The position numbers were made by a program, and so were the translations under genes. A DNA stretch of 64,000 nt from contig MGKI01000006.1 of assembly GCA_001795615.1 (NCBI GenBank), forward strand, positions 3,636 through 67,635, in the 5' to 3' direction. Below are positions 49,404 through 58,493 of this stretch, piece by piece. The stretch is from Candidatus Yanofskybacteria bacterium RIFCSPLOWO2_01_FULL_42_49. Its GTDB lineage: Bacteria > Patescibacteriota > Minisyncoccia > 2-02-FULL-40-12 > GWA2-44-9. Each line of letters begins with the position of its first letter. The stretch's first letter is position 1. Below the pieces are notes generated by a model. It did not search any database and was not told the origin of the DNA. It saw only the letters and a program-made list of their open reading frames with translations.

Positions 49404-49613
49404 ATGCAGTGTATTTTTTGTCAGGAAAATATAAATAGAGTTGATTATAAAAATACTCAATTTTTGAGGAAATTTGTCACATCTCAATTTAAGATCGGCT
49501 CGGCCCGAAGGAACAAGCTCTGCAGTTCCCACCAGCGTTTAGTCGCCCATGCCGTTAAACTCGCCAGATACATGGCGCTGATGCCATATACCCGCGGCCA
49601 AACCTCTCGCTAG
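49404..49613 (+). CDS. rpsR: 30S ribosomal protein S18
   Basis: VDYKNTQFLRKFVTSQFKIGSARRNKL...LARYMALMPYT. Confidence 0.85.
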   Translation: MQCIFCQENINRVDYKNTQFLRKFVTSQFKIGSARRNKLCSSHQRLVAHAVKLARYMALMPYTRGQTSR

Positions 49614-49952
49614 TTGCTCGGCCTTGCCATATCCTCACTATCTGGTGAAAGGTAAATTCTTCTCAGACACGCCTCCGGTCGCCCAGCGTGCGACCTCGGC
49701 TACTTTCTCCCAACCTTTTCTCGGGCAGTTTAACGATTATACTGCCCTCGTCCATGCAAAAGGTTGGGTCTCTAGTGTCTTTGAAGAACTTACCTTCCAC
49801 CCTTAGGGGTTACTAATGACAAGCGAGTCGCAACTGCTCTATGAGGAGTCCGTGGTGAGAAATGGGGGTGGGGCAAGTGATGCATCTTAAGTTATAAAAA
49901 CAAAAAAGCTCCGCGAATCCTTTTGGACTCAAGCGGAGCTTGTTAGTTTTTC
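49614..49952 (+). other. ORF-free structured region downstream of rpsR ending in a hairpin/T-run terminator (49907-49952); candidate co-transcribed ncRNA or 3' UTR
   Basis: 11-bp stem cccaacctttt/aaaaggttggg with nested gggcagt/actgccc (about 49715-49772); terminator agctccgc...gcggagct tgttagttttt. Confidence 0.3.
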
Positions 49953-50039
49953 GAGAACAGGGTCTAGGGTCGCTGAGGCAACCCATCTCCTGCCATAGGC
50001 CGGCCAACAAAAGGAGCCAGTATCCCGAAAACTTTTATT

Positions 50040-50600
50040 AGACTTTTTTCAAAAGAACAGCGAGGCACACTACAGGATCGGGTAACGTACGCTTCCCCGA
50101 GTGCAGGCCGCCTTTTTGTCAGGTAGTGCCGGAGCAACTACCCCGTCTCTCGCTTCCCGTAGGTAGGAGAGCGCGACTAGGCTCACGAAACCTACCCTCT
50201 GCGGTGCCTCGCTACCAGACCCACCAAGCTGGGTCAAGTTTGACTTGATCAAACTTGGCTCTGCTTCTTTGATGAAGCTGGTAGCAAGGGGAAGCTTGGA
50301 GCTTCCCGTAGAAAGAACAAGGGGCAGCCAGCGCTCTGCCCCACCGAATTTTAATTGTCGCTGACCAAAAAGTGGACAGATAGATTCGAGAATTGAATCG
50401 GCAAATGCGCTGGTATTTGCCTCATCTAATCCCTTATCTCCTGCTTCCCGGCTACCACAATCGCACGGCCGGAAAGAATGGTGCGAAGCTTAGGCTCTGT
50501 ATCAAACACCGTATTGAACCCGACGGTGGGACGGGCGAACCCTTAGCCTCGCGGAATTGAGCCAAAAACATATGTTTTTGAGCCAATTTCGCGAGACCAC
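50040..50600. other. Hairpin-dense GC-enriched non-coding region (candidate structured ncRNA, strand unknown)
   Basis: Multiple perfect stems: gggaagct/agcttccc, ggggcag/ctgcccc, ggcaaat/atttgcc, caagtttga/tcaaacttg, ctaccag/ctggtag, 50-nt imperfect hairpin around 50538-50590; only short non-homologous ORFs. Confidence 0.3.
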
Positions 50601-50702
50601 TACTTCAGTGTATACCACCATTATACTCCCTTCCACATAATTTGTCAAGTGTCTGTACTGGACGGATACATCAAGGACACACTGATAAAACTATGTCTAA
50701 AA

Positions 50703-50927
50703 TCAAAGCTTCAGAAAATCTTTAACCGATAGCCCCGCTTGTTTGATAATCTTATTCAGCAAATTGCGTCCGATATCCTTACCTCCATGCATTGGAATAG
50801 AAGTTATGCGCTTAGTAACTGGGTGTTGAAAAAAGTAATGACTGCCTTTTGCATATAGAAAACGAAAACCGGCATGCGCCAGTTTCCTCATAATTATCCT
50901 AGCTGTCAAAATCGGCAAAATACTCAT
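50703..50927 (-). CDS. hicA: Type II toxin HicA (start possibly internal Met)
   Basis: KGSHYFFQHPVTKRITSIPMHGGKDIGRNLLNKIIKQAGL matches HicA/YcfA pattern. Confidence 0.75.
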   Translation of the reverse strand: MSILPILTARIIMRKLAHAGFRFLYAKGSHYFFQHPVTKRITSIPMHGGKDIGRNLLNKIIKQAGLSVKDFLKL

Positions 50928-51181
50928 GCTATCAAAGACTGCTTGCCGGTTTTTATTTTTATATCGCCTCGATTTTCTGCTTTAGCAATAATTCCGGCTT
51001 CAATTGCCCCTTCGATTGCTTCAATAATCATTCTTTTTGCCTCGTTAAGATTCTTTCCCCAAGAAACGGCACCAGGAACACCACGCGCCTCAACAGCATA
51101 TCCTCCCATGTCCTTTTCCGACTCGAATAGACACCTAAAAGAGCCGTATTTTGTTTTAATAGTAATAACTTTATTGCTCAT
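50924..51181 (-). CDS. hicB: Type II antitoxin HicB
   Basis: HicB-like (UPF0150) N-terminal fold pattern, 4-nt overlap with hicA. Confidence 0.7.
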   Translation of the reverse strand: MSNKVITIKTKYGSFRCLFESEKDMGGYAVEARGVPGAVSWGKNLNEAKRMIIEAIEGAIEAGIIAKAENRGDIKIKTGKQSLIA

Positions 51182-51235
51182 AGTTTCATTATATCACAAA
51201 GATGCCACCAAACAATAGAAAAAGTAGTGTCGGCA

Positions 51236-52267
51236 TTATGCCTCGCGGATTGCCGCTTCTTTGATTTTACCTAAAATTTCCCGCTCCACTTTAGGATTAT
51301 CTTTGAGAAACAGTCGCGAACCGTCTATACCCTGGCCGAGTTTTATCGGCTCGCCACCTGCCTGTCCGGTAGGCAGGTAGTTGTACCAGCTTCCCGCCTT
51401 AGCCACTATGCCGTATTTAACTCCGGCGTTAACAATATCGGAATACTTTGAGATGCCTTCATTGTATAGAATGTCGAATTCGCAAGTTCTGAACGGAGGC
51501 GCGACTTTATTTTTCACCACTTTCACCTTAACCCTGTTCCCAACGATCTTCTCCCCTGCCTGGATTTGAGCGGCGCGCCTGACTTCTATCCTGACCGAGG
51601 AGTAAAATTTAAGTGCCAATCCTCCAGGAGTCGTTTCCGGATTGCCAAACATTATACCTATTTTGTGTCTGATCTGATTTATAAACAGGACTGTCGTGTT
51701 CGCCTTTGCCACTATCGCCGTGAGTTTTCTCAATGCATGAGACATCAACCGTGCTTGCCCTCCGACATGCTGCTGATCCATCTCTCCTTCTATTTCAGCC
51801 CGAGGCGTAAGAGCCGCCACAGAGTCAACAACAATTAAGTCAACCCCTCCGGACTTAACAAGAGACTCGACAATGTCTAACGCTTGCTCGCCGGTATCCG
51901 GTTGGGATATCAAAAGCTGATCAGTCTTAACCCCAATTTTTTTAGCGTATTCCGGATCAAGCGCATGCTCTGCGTCAACATAAGCCGCTACTCCACCCAT
52001 TTTTTGCATTTCAGATACCACATGAAGAGCAAGAGTCGTCTTGCCGGAGCTTTCCGGTCCGTAAACTTCTACCACCCTGCCCCGTGGAATTCCACCCACA
52101 CCAAGCGCCAAATCCAAAGATATTGAACCGGTAGGGATAGCATCTATATCGACATGCTTCACCTCGCCTAATCTCATTATTGACCCTTCGCCGTATTTCT
52201 CCTGAAGTTCTTTAACGGCCAGATCAACCTGCTTTGACTTTGACTCGTCAGTTTGTTTTTTTACCAT
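51236..52267 (-). CDS. recA: Recombinase RecA
   Basis: Walker [14 protein letters not shown]2 loop region; start codon preceded by hairpin aaacgct-ggggg-agcgttt presenting GGGGGAG in loop. Confidence 0.95.
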   Translation of the reverse strand: MVKKQTDESKSKQVDLAVKELQEKYGEGSIMRLGEVKHVDIDAIPTGSISLDLALGVGGIPRGRVVEVYGPESSGKTTLALHVVSEMQKMGGVAAYVDAEHALDPEYAKKIGVKTDQLLISQPDTGEQALDIVESLVKSGGVDLIVVDSVAALTPRAEIEGEMDQQHVGGQARLMSHALRKLTAIVAKANTTVLFINQIRHKIGIMFGNPETTPGGLALKFYSSVRIEVRRAAQIQAGEKIVGNRVKVKVVKNKVAPPFRTCEFDILYNEGISKYSDIVNAGVKYGIVAKAGSWYNYLPTGQAGGEPIKLGQGIDGSRLFLKDNPKVEREILGKIKEAAIREA

Positions 52268-52399
52268 TTTATAAAACGCTCCCCCAGCGTTTGAGTTTAA
52301 ATTAACTTTATTATTTTATAAAAATCCAAACAAAAAAGCAATGCCTTCTAAAAAACGCTGAAGCGAGCCATTCCTAAATTTAATCATTTGACGAACCGA

Positions 52400-52530
52400 G
52401 GGTATTTATGAAGATAGCCCTGATTTTATCCGATAATCATAGGTCGAGCGCTGAACGATAGTGAAGAGGCAAGCGAGGTTTACCTGTGATTATCGGCCAT
52501 AAAATCAGGGCTATTCTGCAATGAATACCC
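52400..52530. repeat. MITE-like element: ~46-bp imperfect inverted repeat arms (core atagccctgatttta perfect) flanking 37-bp spacer, upstream of recA
   Basis: Left 52400-52444 vs reverse complement of 52482-52530 about 85 percent identical by eye. Confidence 0.5.
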
Positions 52531-52569
52531 GAAGGTGAGGAAGTTGATTTAAATTTGGGGTGGTGAGCT

Positions 52570-54762
52570 TTATTCTTCTCTTTCTGCTTCCGGCGTATCC
52601 GCTGATATTCCAGTTGCCTCAACAACAGGCCCACCTTCACCTTCATGTTTTATGTATACTTCTCTTGGCTTGGCTCCGTCACCGGGTCCGATAACGCCTT
52701 TCTCTTCAAGAATATCCAACAGTCGAGCCGCACGGGCATAACCAACTTTAAGCCGCCTCTGAAGCAACGAGGCTGATGCTTTACCGGCCAGAGTTATGAC
52801 TTCTTTAGCGTCGTTATATAGCTCGTCGTCGGCGTCGTCTTCTCCTCCAAATCCATGGCCGCCGATACTTGCCTGCGTATTAAAATCAATCTTGAGATCA
52901 TTTTCTTCTTCGTCAGCGTCAACTGCTTCAGCTTGGGTCTTAAGAAACTTAACCACATCCTTGACCTCTCGTTCCGTAACCAAAGCTCCCTGCAAACGCC
53001 TTGGTTTTGCAGTATCGCTTGATAAGAAAAGCATATCGCCTCGGCCAAGAAGCTTCTCCGCCCCAGCCATATCCAAAATCGTTCTTGAGTCAACTTGGCT
53101 GGCCACCTGAAACGCGATTCTTGAAGTTATATTAGCCTTGATAAGACCGGTGATAACTTCCACCGACGGTCTCTGCGTAGATACTATCAAATGAATACCG
53201 ACGGCCCTGGACATTTGAGCCAGACGGACAATCGCCGCCTCCACATCCCTGCCGTAAGAAGCCATTAGGTCTGCGAGTTCGTCGATAACTATAATCAATA
53301 AGGGCATAATAGATTCCTTGCGTTCAGACATTTTGGCATTATGTGAAAATATATCCCGACAGCTTGTCTTGGAAAGCTGGTCATATCGCCTGTCCATCTC
53401 ATTAACCGCCCACTTCAAAGCGCCAAGCACTTTTTTATTGTCGGTAATAACGGGGGTAACTAAGTGCGGAATATCGTTGTATAAAGTCAGCTCGACTCTT
53501 TTGGGATCAACCAATATCATTTTCAAAACATCAGGCGAATGCTTGTATAACAAAGACAACAAGATTGAATTGATGTTCACTGATTTGCCGGTGCCCGTAG
53601 CTCCAGCGATAAGGAAGTGAGGCATCTTTTCAAGGCCGGCGAAAATAGGATTACCGGAAACATCCTTGCCCAAAGCGAGAGGCATAAAGAATTTTGATTT
53701 CTTGTATTCTTCGTGTTCAAACATCCCTCGAAGACCGACAATGGCAACTTTTCTGTTGGGGACTTCTATGCCAACAAGTGACTTGCCGGGAATAGGCGCC
53801 TCTATCCTTATGGGGTGAGACGCCAGAGCCAAAGACAAGTCGGAATTAAGAGCGCCGATGCGCGAGAGTTTAACTCCCATCGCCGGCCGCAGAGTATATT
53901 GAGTAACTGTCGGACCAACCGAAACCTCGCCCATTTCCACATCTATGCCAAAGTTGGCCAATGTCCTCTTAATAATATTCGCGCTTGCGTTAATGTCGCC
54001 CGTAAGCGCTTGCTCCTGATCGTCGTTCAACAAGTCCATCGGGGGCAAAGTCCACTTTCCCTTTCTCAAATTTTTAATGACAAATTCCCTATCCGGTTCA
54101 ATGTTAGTCTGTCGAACGGGCTTAGCAACCGGAGCCGGCTTAGAAATCTGGGGTCTTTTTTCATCAATCACCTCGTTGCCTCTTTTTATGACTATTTTGT
54201 CGACAAGCTCTTCTTCTTTGTTCTCTTTCCCCAGCAACCTGTGAATCGGAATATTCAAAGCGACAAGCATGGCAATGATAATTAAAACCAATAGAATAAT
54301 CAGGGACGCGATGAACCCAACCGAATTAAGCAGAGGGAAGCCCAAAACAATGCCCAAATATCCGCCTTGGGTTAACCTAATATCGAAGTTACCGCCGCCG
54401 AATATATAAAACAAGGCAAGAAAGGAGAAAACGAACAAAGCCGTCCCGAAAACCGCGCTATGATATATCTGCCTTGAAATTGATTTGATGAAAGATGCGC
54501 CGAGGATTATGAAGGCGACGGGAATGATAAAAAACCCCCAGCCGAAAAGCGATTTGGCGGCAATGGCAAATAAAACACCGGCAGTCCCGGCCTTGCCGGC
54601 AAAACTTAGTATGCTCAAAGCGGCCAAGCTTAAACTCAATATACCCCAGATGCTGTTCTTGGTTTCCTGGGATATATCAAATCTGGAAACAGCGGATTCT
54701 GCCCGCTGTTTGGCGGTTTCTTTAACTTTCTGCTTTTTATCTGCTTTTTTCCGTCGTATCAT
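52570..54762 (-). CDS. ftsK: DNA translocase FtsK/SpoIIIE
   Basis: N-terminal TM helices, Walker A GATGTGKS, C-terminal gamma-like domain. Confidence 0.9.
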   Translation of the reverse strand: MIRRKKADKKQKVKETAKQRAESAVSRFDISQETKNSIWGILSLSLAALSILSFAGKAGTAGVLFAIAAKSLFGWGFFIIPVAFIILGASFIKSISRQIYHSAVFGTALFVFSFLALFYIFGGGNFDIRLTQGGYLGIVLGFPLLNSVGFIASLIILLVLIIIAMLVALNIPIHRLLGKENKEEELVDKIVIKRGNEVIDEKRPQISKPAPVAKPVRQTNIEPDREFVIKNLRKGKWTLPPMDLLNDDQEQALTGDINASANIIKRTLANFGIDVEMGEVSVGPTVTQYTLRPAMGVKLSRIGALNSDLSLALASHPIRIEAPIPGKSLVGIEVPNRKVAIVGLRGMFEHEEYKKSKFFMPLALGKDVSGNPIFAGLEKMPHFLIAGATGTGKSVNINSILLSLLYKHSPDVLKMILVDPKRVELTLYNDIPHLVTPVITDNKKVLGALKWAVNEMDRRYDQLSKTSCRDIFSHNAKMSERKESIMPLLIIVIDELADLMASYGRDVEAAIVRLAQMSRAVGIHLIVSTQRPSVEVITGLIKANITSRIAFQVASQVDSRTILDMAGAEKLLGRGDMLFLSSDTAKPRRLQGALVTEREVKDVVKFLKTQAEAVDADEEENDLKIDFNTQASIGGHGFGGEDDADDELYNDAKEVITLAGKASASLLQRRLKVGYARAARLLDILEEKGVIGPGDGAKPREVYIKHEGEGGPVVEATGISADTPEAEREE

Positions 54763-54858
54763 TCGAATTAGTATTAAGTGTTATGTGTTAAGTATATAGT
54801 ATTGGGGCTAGTTTAATCAAGGAAAACAAAAATCGGCCTTGAGAGCCGATTTTTAAAA

Positions 54859-57800
54859 CTACTCCAGATCTGCCCCCAATCCCGTCCCTGCCGGTATCAA
54901 CCGGCCGATGATGACATTTTCTTTGAGACCTTTGAGCATGTCTTCTTTGCCGACAGTAGCGCTGTCTATCAAAATTCTTGCAGTCTCTTGGAATGACGCG
55001 GCAGACAAGAAGCTGTCTGTGGTTAATGAAACTTTAGTGATTCCCTGTAGTAATTGTTCAGCAGTCGCCTCTTGTTTTTTATTTTGCTTTGCCCTTTCAT
55101 TTTCCTGCCAAAGCCGTTTCTTCTCAACAACATCGCCGGACAAAAGGTCCGTATCGCCGGGATTCATGACCTTAACCCTTGAAAACATCATTCTCACGAT
55201 TAACTCAACATGCTTGTCGTTAATACTGTCGCCCGTCGGATAGTAAATGGCCTGTACTTCTCTGATAATATACCGGGCAACCATGTCAATATCATTTGTC
55301 GTAGCAAACAATTCTTTCAGGTCCACATGCCCTTCGCTTAATTGCTGGCCGACCGAAACCAGATCTCCTCTGGTTACGGATACGGATAAGTTAGGCGCAA
55401 TTGCATATTCTTTCTTTTCCCCGTCATTTGTCTCGACGGTTATAATTTTCTGTTTACCGGTGTCTTCAACCGATAGTACTTTTCCGTCCACATCAGCTAC
55501 CAGCGCCTTAAACTGGGGCGGCCTTGCTTCAAATATTTCTTCAACGCGAGGAAGACCCATGGTAATGTCAGCGCCGCCGGCAACACCGCCGGTATGGAAT
55601 GTTCTCATCGTAAGCTGGGTTCCCGGTTCACCTATGGCTTGGGCGGTAACGATACCTACGGCCTCACCTGATTTTACCAATTTGCCTTTTGACAGATCAT
55701 AGCCATAGCAAAGGCGACAAATACCGTCCAAGGCCTTACATTTGATGAGAGACCTGATCCTGGCCCTATCTATCCCGGCTTCATCGACTTTTCTTGAAGC
55801 CTCCTTGTCAACGATTTTTCCTTTTTTGACGATAACTTCGCCATTTTTATCTAGCAAGTCTTCGAGCACAACCCGACCCTTTATTCTTCTACCTAAACTT
55901 TCTCCGCTTATCTTGCTGTCCTCCGCGTAAATCGTATAACCCTCTTTATCTTTGCAATCGTCCTCAAGCACAACCACGCTTTGCGCAACATCAACTAACT
56001 TTCTGGTAAGATATCCGGCGGTGGCTGTTTTAAGAGCCGTATCCACCAAACCCTTCCTGGCGCCGTGAGTCGATATGAAATATTCAAGAGATGTCAGTCC
56101 TTCTTTCAATGAATTCCTCACTGGCAACTCTATGAGCTCTCCGGCCGGATTGGCAAAAATTCCTCTCATACCCATCAACTGGTCAATTACGGACCAAGTG
56201 CCTCTTGATTTGGAATCAACAAGCAGGAAGGCCGGATCTTGTCCGCCAAGCTGTTGTTTTACCAAAGATGACAATCTGGACTTTGCGTTATTCCATATTT
56301 CAATTGCCTTTGATTTTCTTTCGTATTCAGTCAAAAGGCCTTCGTCATATAGACGCCTGTTTTCTTCAATGGAGTTATCGGCTTCTTCAATGATCTTCTT
56401 TTTCTCCGGCGGTATTTTCAAATCACCCATGCCCCATGAGACACCCGAAACCGTGGCATAGTGAAATCCTATGTCTTTGACCTTATCCAAAAATTCTACC
56501 GTTGTTTCTTCGCCATATTCGTCCCAAATATCGGAACCTATGGATCTCAAATCGGGCTTGGTAAGAACTTTATTAACATACTTGAATTCTTTCGGCAGAG
56601 TTTTGTTGAAGATTATCCGTCCGGGGGTTGTCTCTATCATCTTTGTCTCTTTGTCATTGTCCTTATAATCAGGATTGGGAACTTTTATCATGGCCCTTAG
56701 GTCGATAAAGTCGTTTTCAAACGCCAACAGCGCTTCGTACCGTGAAGAAAATACTTTACCCTTGCCTTTTGCATTTTCCAAAACACTGGTTAGATAATAA
56801 ATGCCGAACGACATGTCATGGCTTGGCGAAGCAACAGGCTCGCCCGTAGCCGGCTTAAGGATCCCGTGGGAAGAAAGCATTAAGTCTCTGGCCTCGCGCT
56901 GGGCATCATCCGTCAACGGCAAATGGACGGCCATTTGGTCGCCGTCAAAGTCAGCATTAAAAGCGTGAGTCGGAAGAGCGGGAATTTTTATCGCCTTACC
57001 TTCAATAAGAGTCGGCCTAAACGCTTGAACCGATAAGCGGTGCAAAGTCGGAGCTCGGTTAAGCAATACGAGTTTGCCGGCCATAGCTTCTTCCAAAGCC
57101 GCCCAGACATCAGGTGTTTCCTGTTCTATCAAGCGGCTGGCTGATTTAATATTATGGGCCAGTTCTTTTCTTATTAAAATTCCAATAACAAAAGGCTTGA
57201 ATAACTCCAAAGCCATGCGCTTTGGAAGACCGCATTCGGCAATGCCCAATTCCGGTCCGATGACAATAACGCTCCGGCCGGAGTAATCTACCCGTTTACC
57301 GAGAAGATTTTGCCTGAATCTCCCCTGTTTGCCTTTCAACATGTCGGCAAGAGAACGAAGCGCTCTTTTCTGTCCCGTAGAAGCGGCGGTGGTGATTTGT
57401 CCTCTTCTCATTGAATTGTCTATGAGAGCATCAACCGCCTCCTGAAGCATTCTTTTTTCATTCTTGGTGATAACCTCCGGAGCCTTGAGTTCTAATAAAT
57501 GCTTTAATCGGTTGTTCCTGTTTATCACCCTTCTATAGAGATCGTTCAGGTCTGATGTTGCGTAGCGTCCGCCATCTAAAGGAACCATCGGCCTTAAGGC
57601 CGGCGGAATAACCGGCAAGGTGGTCAATATCATCCATTCGGGCCTTATGCCCGCTTTTTGCATGCCTTTTATAAATCTCATCCTCCTGGATAACTTTTTA
57701 TATTCAAGAGGGTTAGTTTCTCCTTTGATCTCGCTTTCTATGTCTGTAATCAAATCATCGAAGTCAATCTCCTCCAGCAACCGCTTGACCGCTTCGGCTC

Positions 57801-58422
57801 CTATACCGGCTTCAAAAACCTCTCCATACTTCAAAGACAAGTCCCGGAAATCAAGTTCCGATATAACTTGATACCTGCGGAGGTTTTTGAGGTTGTTTTT
57901 CTCCCGGTCTTTTAACTCCTTGAGCGATTCTTCTTCGGTTTCGTTTTTAGCGCTCTTTATCTTTGACTTGAATTCGCTTTCTATTCTTTTCATCGCCTCA
58001 GCTTTCAAATCTTCGTCAACTTTCATCACAACATAACTTGCAAAATATATAACTCTTTCAATCTCCTGAAGGCCGACTCCGAGCACGGTGGCGACTTTAG
58101 ACGGCACGCCTCTCATAAACCAAATATGAGCAACGGGCGCGGCAAGTTTAATGTGGCCCATTCTTTCCCTTCTAACAATGGACCTCGTAACCTCAACGCC
58201 GCATCTGTCGCAGACAATGCCTTTGTACCTTATCCTCTTATATTTTCCGCAGTAACATTCCCAGTCTTTAACCGGCCCAAAAATAGCCTCGGAAAAAAGG
58301 CCGTCTCTCTCCGGTTTCTGAGTTCGGTAGTTTATAGTCTCTGGTTTCGTGACTTCGCCGTATGACCAAGACAAAATATCCTCAGGAGACGCTATTTTTA
58401 GTTTTATAGATGATAAGTCCAT
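54859..58422 (-). CDS. rpoC: DNA-directed RNA polymerase subunit beta'
   Basis: Zn finger CYCGKYKRIRYKGIVCDRCGV, NADFDGDQM catalytic motif. Confidence 0.95.
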   Translation of the reverse strand: MDLSSIKLKIASPEDILSWSYGEVTKPETINYRTQKPERDGLFSEAIFGPVKDWECYCGKYKRIRYKGIVCDRCGVEVTRSIVRRERMGHIKLAAPVAHIWFMRGVPSKVATVLGVGLQEIERVIYFASYVVMKVDEDLKAEAMKRIESEFKSKIKSAKNETEEESLKELKDREKNNLKNLRRYQVISELDFRDLSLKYGEVFEAGIGAEAVKRLLEEIDFDDLITDIESEIKGETNPLEYKKLSRRMRFIKGMQKAGIRPEWMILTTLPVIPPALRPMVPLDGGRYATSDLNDLYRRVINRNNRLKHLLELKAPEVITKNEKRMLQEAVDALIDNSMRRGQITTAASTGQKRALRSLADMLKGKQGRFRQNLLGKRVDYSGRSVIVIGPELGIAECGLPKRMALELFKPFVIGILIRKELAHNIKSASRLIEQETPDVWAALEEAMAGKLVLLNRAPTLHRLSVQAFRPTLIEGKAIKIPALPTHAFNADFDGDQMAVHLPLTDDAQREARDLMLSSHGILKPATGEPVASPSHDMSFGIYYLTSVLENAKGKGKVFSSRYEALLAFENDFIDLRAMIKVPNPDYKDNDKETKMIETTPGRIIFNKTLPKEFKYVNKVLTKPDLRSIGSDIWDEYGEETTVEFLDKVKDIGFHYATVSGVSWGMGDLKIPPEKKKIIEEADNSIEENRRLYDEGLLTEYERKSKAIEIWNNAKSRLSSLVKQQLGGQDPAFLLVDSKSRGTWSVIDQLMGMRGIFANPAGELIELPVRNSLKEGLTSLEYFISTHGARKGLVDTALKTATAGYLTRKLVDVAQSVVVLEDDCKDKEGYTIYAEDSKISGESLGRRIKGRVVLEDLLDKNGEVIVKKGKIVDKEASRKVDEAGIDRARIRSLIKCKALDGICRLCYGYDLSKGKLVKSGEAVGIVTAQAIGEPGTQLTMRTFHTGGVAGGADITMGLPRVEEIFEARPPQFKALVADVDGKVLSVEDTGKQKIITVETNDGEKKEYAIAPNLSVSVTRGDLVSVGQQLSEGHVDLKELFATTNDIDMVARYIIREVQAIYYPTGDSINDKHVELIVRMMFSRVKVMNPGDTDLLSGDVVEKKRLWQENERAKQNKKQEATAEQLLQGITKVSLTTDSFLSAASFQETARILIDSATVGKEDMLKGLKENVIIGRLIPAGTGLGADLE

Positions 58423-58426
58423 CAGG

Positions 58427-58461
58427 TTTTAGGTTTTAGGTTTTAGGTTTTAGGTTTTTTT
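58427..58461. repeat. Perfect (AGGTTTT)n heptamer microsatellite (about 4.5 units) in rpoB-rpoC spacer
   Basis: aggttttaggttttaggttttaggttttaggttttttt. Confidence 0.7.
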
Positions 58462-58493
58462 AACCTAGTCACCTAACACCTAGCACCTAGAAG

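Noticed and set aside
49624-50252. Short ORFs (60-65 aa) in the region after rpsR
   Set aside because: They have no homology, atypical composition, and are embedded in hairpin-dense sequence. The region is treated as non-coding.
49960-50600. Possibility that the hairpin-dense region is RNase P RNA, tmRNA or SRP RNA
   Set aside because: By eye I could not find the P4 consensus (AGGAAAGTCCGGGCTCC / ACAGAACCCGGCTTA), the tmRNA TTCGAC...CCACCA ends, or the SRP domain IV motif. The question stays open and needs cmscan.
52437-52646. 69-aa ORF overlapping the ftsK 3' end and the inverted-repeat element
   Set aside because: It overlaps a conserved gene and a repeat element, and its composition is rich in basic residues at low complexity.
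54908-58365. Multiple plus-strand ORFs inside rpoC and rpoB
   Set aside because: They are antisense shadows of highly conserved genes.
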